Below are positions 56,201-64,000 of a DNA stretch of 64,000 nt, piece after piece (position 1 is the first letter of the stretch; each line of letters starts with the position of its first letter). The notes below the pieces were generated by a model that was not told the origin of the DNA, made no database searches, and saw only the letters and a list, made by a program, of their open reading frames with translations. The DNA comes from Octopus vulgaris (lineage: Eukaryota): contig OX597816.1 of NCBI GenBank assembly GCA_951406725.2, positions 89,714,001-89,778,000 on the forward strand, given 5' to 3'. A program made the translations under genes and the position numbers.

Positions 56201-57375
56201 TACTATAAAATAACCACCATAGGACTGCAAAGATATCTACTTCAGAAGGAAGGAAAATTGATACAAATAGCGGCAAAACACGAGCAAAACAAAAAACTGT
56301 TCTCAGTATTTAAGGAAGCTGACAAATACAAACAAGAAATAAAACCACCTAACAAATATGAAGAAGAAGAAGAAGAAGAAGAAGAAGAAGAAGAAGAAGA
56401 AGAAGAAGAAGAAGAAGAAGAAGAAGAAGAAGAAGAAGAAACAACAAAAGCTATAAAACAAATGAAATCCAAACTAAAAATAGAACAGTAACGAACCATG
56501 ATAAAACGATGACAAGAAAAGCCCCTTCATGGCAAATACTGGACTAAACTAAATGCAAAAGAAATAGACAAAGAAAAATCCCAACAATGGTTGAGAAGCT
56601 CAGGACTCAAAGCAGACACAGAAGGATGTTTAATTGCAGCACAAGACCAAAGCCTCCCCACCAGAAATTACCAAAAACATGTAATGAAAAGAAATATAAC
56701 AAGTAACTGCAGAATATGTGGAGATGGACAAGAAACAATAAATCATATTATCTCTGGCTGCCCAGTCCTGGCTAAGAAGGAATATATTCACAAACACGAC
56801 AGAGTTGGGACCTATATACACTGGAAACTATGCCAACATGGAATAACAACAGAAAAAAGATGGTATAGGCACACACCAGAAAAGGTCACAGAAAACGAGA
56901 AAGCAACCATACTCTGGGATATGCCAATAAACACAGATAGAGAAATTAAGGCTAACAGACCAGATATAGTTGTCAGAGATCATGAGGAAAATCATGTTTT
57001 CTAAGTGATGTATCAATACCAGCGGATGACAACGTTCTCTAAAAGAAATGGAGAAACTTTCAAAATACAAAGACCTGGAAATAGATGTAACCAGAATCTG
57101 GAATCTAAAAACAGAAACAATTCCTATCATAATAGGTGCATTAGGCATGATGAAAAATATTCAGACAAATACATAACAAAAACACCAGGACTTACAAACA
57201 CATATAACATACAGAAAATTGCACTACTAGGCACTGCACACATCCTACGTAGAACACTTTCCATACAATAACCATCAGAGGATCACAACAAACCACAGCA
57301 CATACCCAAGGCACACAGAGCTGCGCTCGGTAGTGAAGTAAAAGCACGATATAAAAAATATACTACTGAATAATA
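53117..57375 (+). mobile_element. Near full-length R4/Dong-like LINE (RT + CCHC + RLE), inactivated by stops and frameshifts, inserted in (TAA)n
   Basis: HKWTREE N-terminus, YRPITCL, DYKKAFDS, GIFQGDTLS, YMDDLK, CRIC..ETINHIISGC, KHD, NRPDIVV; ends ctactgaa(TAA)n. Confidence 0.93.
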
Positions 57376-57439
57376 ATAACAACAACAACAACAACAACAA
57401 TGATATATTTATTAAAACTTGGAGATTGTTATGTCTATA

Positions 57440-57657
57440 CTCTTTACTCTTTTACTTGTTTCAGTCATTTGACTGCGGCCATGCTGGAGCACCGCCTTTA
57501 ATCGAGCAACTCGACCCCAGGACGTATTCTTTGTAATCTTAGTACTTATTCTATCGGTATCTTTGGCCGAACCGCTAAGTTTCGGGGACGGAAACACACC
57601 AGCATCGGTTGTCAAGCAATGCTAGGGGGAAAACACAGACACACAAACACACACACG

Positions 57658-57728
<71 letters not shown>

Positions 57729-57891
57729 TACGACGGGCTTCTTTCAGTTTCCGTCTACCAAATCCACTCACAAGGCTTTGGTCGGCCCGAGGCTATAGTA
57801 GAAGACACTTGCCCAAGTTGCCACGCAGTGGGACTGAACCCGGAACCATGTGGTTGGTAGACAAGCTACTTACCACATAGCCACTCCTGCG
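57440..57891 (-). mobile_element. Full-length family B SINE with CTATA target-site duplication
   Basis: gtctata|SINE|ctatagac; the left arm shows the empty site gtctatagac at ~6402-6412. Confidence 0.88.
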
Positions 57892-57936
57892 ACTATAGAC
57901 ATTATATCTTAAATACGATGAAGGGGTTATAGATAG

Positions 57937-57967
<31 letters not shown>

Positions 57968-58248
57968 TATTTACTAAAACTTTGAGATTGTTATGTCTAT
58001 AGACATTATATCTTAAATACGATGAAGGGTTTATAGATAGAATACTATATAGCTTCTTAAAGATGTTTATAAACTTCGATATCTTAGCTATGATAGTTCG
58101 TCCCAACTTGCCGAAGACACTCTTAAAAATTTCGTAAATTTCCATATCTTAGCTGTGCTAGATCCTCTCAAAAGACCCTCTAGTTCTATACATAAATTCG
58201 CTCACACGCTGGAACACTGGCAAGCTTACCTGACTCCCTCTTCATCTC

Positions 58249-58314
<66 letters not shown>

Positions 58315-59530
58315 GCCATCTTTTGAATATTTGTCTCCTTTGAATTTGTCTTGTGCAAATTGTCTGTTCAATTTGCATTATTTTGTTTTTGTTCTGGGTG
58401 TGGTGTTCTTAAACTTGTGTGCTGAGGTAGATCATCGTTGTGGAATATTTCTTGTGTGTGTGTATTTTGTGTGCTATGTGTGTTCAGATTTCACGTTCAG
58501 GAAAGGGGCTACTCTGTTGGGATTACCGTCGCAGGTAATGGCTCTTCTTTGAAGTATCTGAGTGCAAAATATTGCTTGTGTATGCAGGAAGAGAAAGCTT
58601 AATCCCTAATGTTTAACATGTTATCTGTTGATTATATAATGTTTAATTTTTCAGTAATACAGAGTTCACATTTGGTACCTTGTCCTCAGTACTTATATGC
58701 TTTAGCAATAATTTTCCATTCTATCTGGGGGTTGATTACTCTACCTTCTTTCAATGTCTATATCATATTTGACAGAGATTTTGCATGTTTTTTAATATTT
58801 TTGTCTCTGAATGACGCCTTGTATACGAATTCTTTCACAAGACAGTTGTTGCTTAGAGGACAGCGGTTTTCGGATCTACATTTGCATTGTCTTTCGGGGG
58901 TGTTTCTGGTGTGTTTATATTATTGACCCTACATTGGGGAGATAACTATAGCTAACTTTGACAGTATTTTTGTTGAAGATCTTGTGGTATTTGTGTGAGT
59001 ATAGTAAGTAGCTGTCTATTAGCTTTAAGAAATTTCTAGCTTTGTTAGTACCTACATTCATGCTAAAGGTGGGTTAAACCATAAAATTTCCTTCTTTCTG
59101 CGTCTTCTTCGTCTATTTATTTTTGGTTCAATGTAGTATATGTTATTCTTAAAGGTGGATCTTTCTAATGCAGCATTATAATATGGGGCGGCTTTTTCAA
59201 AAGTGTCTTCGTCGGCGGATAACTTGGAGACGCGCCTGCTAAAGCTGTTAACCATTTGTTTAATTACTGCTGGTGGGTGGTTTAATTACTGGTGGTGGTG
59301 GAACCATTATCTATGTACGAGGCTACCTCTTTTGGTTTGTGGTACGGTTTAAATTTTCCTGTGTCAAGATTCATTTTAATGTCTAGGAAGTTGTCTAAAT
59401 ATTTTGCATAATTTTTCTTCTATCCATATCATGTCCGTTTTTATTGTATACTACTTAAATAAAGTATATATATACATATATATCTATATATATATATATA
59501 TATATACATATATACATATATATGTGTATG

Positions 59531-59562
<32 letters not shown>

Positions 59563-59576
59563 TACATATATATGTG

Positions 59577-59620
<44 letters not shown>

Positions 59621-59621
59621 A

Positions 59622-59672
<51 letters not shown>

Positions 59673-59673
59673 A

Positions 59674-59719
<46 letters not shown>

Positions 59720-59724
<5 letters not shown>

Positions 59725-60275
59725 CTTCGCTTCGCTGACAAAAATTAGGAAGGCTGATGTCCACGATGTCTGTACACTCGCTCATGGCTGATAAGGCCGA
59801 TGTTGGATCGACATATCCGATTGTAAGAATGACAGAGGTATGGTTGTCCGGGATTTCATTATGCAGCAGAAAAATGTGTTTGCCTTTGATGTTTGTCTTC
59901 AAGAGAGACACTGCGAGAGATCTCAAAGGAGGAAACCACATCGCTGATGGTATGCAACCCAGTAACACGGTCAGCTTTTAGAGTGGACCACTCACGATAA
60001 TCAATGTCACAAACGCTAAGGGACTGCTGTAGGCAGTCCTTGTAACGTTTGTTTGGTGCCCCCTCCCCCTTGTTGCGGGGACAGTAGTGAACTCACCGCA
60101 CATGATGATCTTACGTAGGCGGTGGTTTTTCATCCTGTCAACGTGTCCTGCCCAACATAATCGTGTCGCAAGTAAAATGGCTTCTAGGCTGGTGATCGCT
60201 TGAGGACCTCAGTGTTGGTGATATAGTCGGTCCAGTAGATGATAATGATGGCACGAAGGCAGCGTTGGTGAAACA
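59720..60275 (-). mobile_element. RTE-clade LINE 3' fragment
   Basis: RCLRAII, WTDYITNTEVL, SLEAILL..RLCWAGHVDRM, APNKRYKD. Confidence 0.8.
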
Positions 60276-60499
60276 TATATATTTCTAAGATCGCATACGA
60301 CAACAGAAGAATATATTAGATTTTGCAAAACTTTATAAGACGTGTTGAAAGTGTCGTTCTTCATTTTCAATACATAAGTTGACTCTTCTAGACATGTTTT
60401 GACGTGGTATGGAGCGTGTGAAGGTTATGATTGCGTCTTTTAGGATATGCAGGACGTAGAAAATTCCCTGAGGAGAGACATTTTGAACACCCTATATAT

Positions 60500-63400
60500 A
60501 TGAAAAAACAAGTCAGGATAGAAAATGCTAAAATAATTTTATAAAGAACATTTCAGTACCGGTTCCAGTCATTGAGACCTTTTCAACTGTAACAATTAAA
60601 TAATTAAATTTAGAAAAATTAAAAGAAAAGTTTTTTTAAAAGAATATTTGTATAGTGTTCAAATATAAGTGGCATTTTCTTTGTTTCTGCCATTCACCGT
60701 CTCTCTTGTTTACTCTTGTGGGTTCGAGGTCGTTGTGAATTCTTGGTAGGGAAGAAGAAGGAGGAGGAGGAGGAGGAGGAAAAGGAAGTGGAGGGGAGGA
60801 AGGAGACAAAGAATTTGAGAATGTCTTGATTGTAGTATTTTGAATGGTCAGTGGAGGCTAGCAGTTGCTGTTCAATTCATGAAAAAAATTCTATTGGAAG
60901 TTTTGTTTATAGAATTTGTGTAGGTGTTATACTAAAAAGCATTAGAGATAAAGTTAGGAAGGAAAAGGGGGAGAAGAAGAAGAAGAAGAAGAAGAAGAAG
61001 AAGAAGAAGAAGAAGAAGAAGAAGAAGAAGAAAAAGAAGAAGAAGAAGAAGAAGAAGAAGAAGAAGAAGAAGGAGGAGGAGAAGAAGAAGAAGAAGAAGA
61101 AGAAGAAGAAGAAGAAGAAGAAGGGAGAATATGAATGAGTGAAAGTAGTGAGGTGTTGGATGACTTAAAGTTGGCACGTTATGGATTATAGCAGTGATTG
61201 GGGCTGATTTTAATGGATTCTTAGGAATGTAATATTTGCGTGTGTATTCGTGTTATTCTAAGGCCGAGGTGGATATATCGTTTATCGTAGGCGCATTCAG
61301 AAGGGGTCTGTATTTTGTAATAAAGAGAGTTTCTTTACTAATTCGTTGACTCCCGATTATATCGTCCTTGAATTGGTAGAGGGAAAAAATCCTGAAGCCT
61401 GGAGTTCTGTTGTTGTCGCAAATATCTATGTGTTGGCTGAATGCTATTTTTCTGTTTAGGGGAATTTTTATCTGGGATCTGTGCAGGGTCATTCTTTTAC
61501 GTAAACTATTTTTTGTTTGGCCTATGTATTGCTCTTGACACCCAGAGTAGGTTAGTGTGTATATCAGGTTCTCCGAAGCACATGTGAAGTTGCTTTTCAC
61601 TGTGAAACGTTGTTCCTGTTTGAAGGAGAACTCTGATCCCTCAATTAGATAATCGCATATCCCACAATTGGGTCTTCCACATTTTTTTACTGTCGACTTC
61701 TGTGTTGATGAGCGTATTCGGGCTTGTGTTAGGAGACTTTTCATAGATTTGGGCTGTCTCTTGCTTTTTATGATCGTGTGTTTGGAGTATTAAGTTCATT
61801 CTGTGGTCCTTTTCTAGCAGGGGTATGTTTTGGAGGATGGTGTCGGAGGCTTCATTGTTGAGAGGGTTGTGTGTGGAGATGTATGGTAAGGCTTTTGGTC
61901 GTAAATTTTTCTTTAATTTGGGATGTCTGATTTCCTGGATGTTGAGTTGAAGGGCACGTTGAATGCATATGTCAATTAGTGAAGGTGGGTAGTTCCTGGT
62001 GATGAGGGTATCTTTTAGTTCATGTAGTCGTGTATCTCTGGTGTTTGCATTAGAAACTATAGTACATATCCTTTTTGCTAGATTGAAGGGGATATTCATT
62101 CTTGTGTGTCTGGGGTGGCATGAATTGAATGGTAGCTATTGCTTGGAATCCATAGGCTTATAGTATATATCTGTTTCTATTACATTATTAGATTTCTTAA
62201 TGAGGATGTCGATGAAGGGGAGTTGTTGCTGGCTATATTCCATTGTGAATTGGATGTTTACGTCCAGTCCATTTAAAATTGCTTGGAATTCTTTGAGTTT
62301 CTCTATATTTTCATGCCAAAGAATGAAACAGTCATCTAGGTATCTCTTCCAGTTGTTTTCTATGTAGAGGGAGAAAGTGCTGCCATATCTTTCTAGAACC
62401 TTACGATACAGACTGATTTCTAGATATCCTATGAATAGGTTGGCAAAGGAGGGGACCATTTGCGTACCCATCGCAGTCCCCGATTTTTGTCGGTAGAAGT
62501 TGTCTTTGAAGGCGAAGTAGTTATTTTTGATGCGATGTGGGAGTTCGTTGGCGTGATTCTCTAGCCAGAATTGAATTGCCTCTATTCCTAGGTTGTGGGG
62601 GATATTGGAATAGAGGTTGACTACATCGAAGGATACTAGTAGGGTGTTTTTGTTTATTGTTTTAGGCAGGTGATTGAGCATATCCAGGTCATCCCTTATA
62701 TAGCTTTTGACATGTTTAAGGAGTGGTTTTAAGAGGGTATCTAAAAAGTTACTGAGGCGGTGGGTTTTGAATGTGGGACCTGCTATTATCGGTCTTAATT
62801 TGAGGTCATTAGGATTAGGGACTTTAATTATTTTGTCTGTGGCTATCTTGCATGCGATACTTATTTTCTCACTTTTGTGTATCTTGGGAATACTGTAGAA
62901 TTGGCTGGTTTTACTTGTGAAATTGGTCATATAGTCATATTCTTTGTCGGTGAGCCCTTCTTTGTATGGGTTTAACATGGATTTTAGTTCTCTCATTCTT
63001 TGCTGACTGTAGTTTGGGGCCTTTTCATAATATGTTGTGTCTTCCAACATAGATAGTACTGAAGTTATGTAAAATGTCGTGTCCATTAAAACAACTGCAC
63101 TCCCTTTACCGGCCTCTTTGATTGTTATTTTTTTGTCATTTTTTAATTTGTTCAGCTCAGCGCATTCTTTTTTGCTGAAGTTTTTTTTGTGTTTTTGTTT
63201 GTGCATATGTTGATTTTGGTAATTTGAGATGTGTTCACAGAAATGATCAAGAGTTTTGGTCTTAACTTTTGAGGGGGTGTAGTTACTCCTATTTCTGACA
63301 AATTATTCGTCCTCGTTGTATTTGTCGTATAGCTCCTCAGTAAGTCGTAATTTTTTACAGAATTCTGCGATGACTTCTTTCATTTCATTTTAGTTGGGTT

Positions 63401-63550
63401 GTTGTTGGGTGGGTGTAAACTTGAGTCCTTTCGAGGGTATATTGATTTGGTTTGCTGTTAGTTCATTGTGAGTTAGATTGATCATTTTTATCACTTTTGG
63501 TTCCTCCTGCCTGTTTGGTGCTATCTTATGTTTCTATGTTTTCGTATTGG
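60500..63550 (-). mobile_element. Neptune-like Penelope element (RT + zinc finger + GIY-YIG), frameshifted
   Basis: SKGLKFTPT, RPIIAG, SFDVVNLYSNI, GTAMG, RYLDD; CGRPNCGIC...NLIY...YIGQT...LRKRM..H. Confidence 0.92.
60553..60590 (-). ncRNA. Minimal hammerhead in the PLE 3' repeat (U3-A8 core, GAAA mutated to GGAA)
   Basis: CAG-UUGAAAA-GGUCucaauGACU-GGAA-CCGGUA-CUG; palindromic stem III ACCGGU. Confidence 0.65.
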
Positions 63551-63554
63551 GTCT

Positions 63555-64000
63555 TAAAATTCCCCCAAAACAGAAAAATAGCATTCAGCCAACACATAGA
63601 TATTTGCACTAACAACAAAACTCCCTCTACCAATTCAGGGACGATAGAACCGGGAGCCAACGAATTAGTAAATAAACTTTCTTTATTACAAAATAAAGGC
63701 CCCTTCTGAACGCGTCTACGACAAACGATATATCCACCTCGGCCTTAGAATAACACAAATACACACGCAAAAAGTACATTCCTAAGAATCCATTAAAAAT
63801 CAGCCCCAATCACTGCTATAATCCATAACATGCCAACTTTAAGTCATCCAACACCTCACTACTTTCACTCATTCATATTTTCCCTTCTTTTTATTTTTCT
63901 TCTTCTTCTTTCTCCTACCCCTTCTCCTTCCTTCTCCTACCTAACTTTATCACTAATGCTTTTTAGTATAACACCTATGCAAATCCTATAAACAAACCTT
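63555..64000 (+). repeat. Inverted, diverged copy of the Neptune 3' region (pseudo-LTR), running off the window
   Basis: Aligns to the reverse complement of ~60900-61470 (NRKIAFSQHIDIC appears in both). Confidence 0.85.

Overview
AT-rich, repeat-saturated eukaryotic DNA with no recognisable host gene. The tRNA-derived SINE families and long (TA)n/(TAA)n tracts are consistent with a cephalopod (Octopus-like) genome; this is an inference from recalled repeat families. Content: R4/Dong-like RLE LINEs stacked in (TAA)n tracts (one near full length at 53117-57375), three CR1-group LINEs, RTE and L1/Tx1 fragments, three Penelope-like elements (PLEs), mariner/maT/hAT remnants and many SINEs. The architecture is dominated by inversions: a window-scale inverted duplication (arms ~4761-13425 and ~47777-59457), a 3.7-kb palindrome with a hammerhead ribozyme near each end (24630-28360) and many smaller fold-backs. 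The most notable signal is non-coding. Three diverged variants of a tandem 362-nt unit (39867-41240, 44848-45508) each carry a minimal type I hammerhead with a U3-A8 core variant and compensatory stem changes, i.e. a retrozyme-like family predicted to yield self-cleaved or circular 362-nt RNAs. Further hammerheads occur at 19286, 46442 (both with long stem II) and 60553 (3' end of a Neptune-like PLE). Most ORFs in the track are microsatellite artefacts. All structures were read by eye; no folding, alignment or database search was run.
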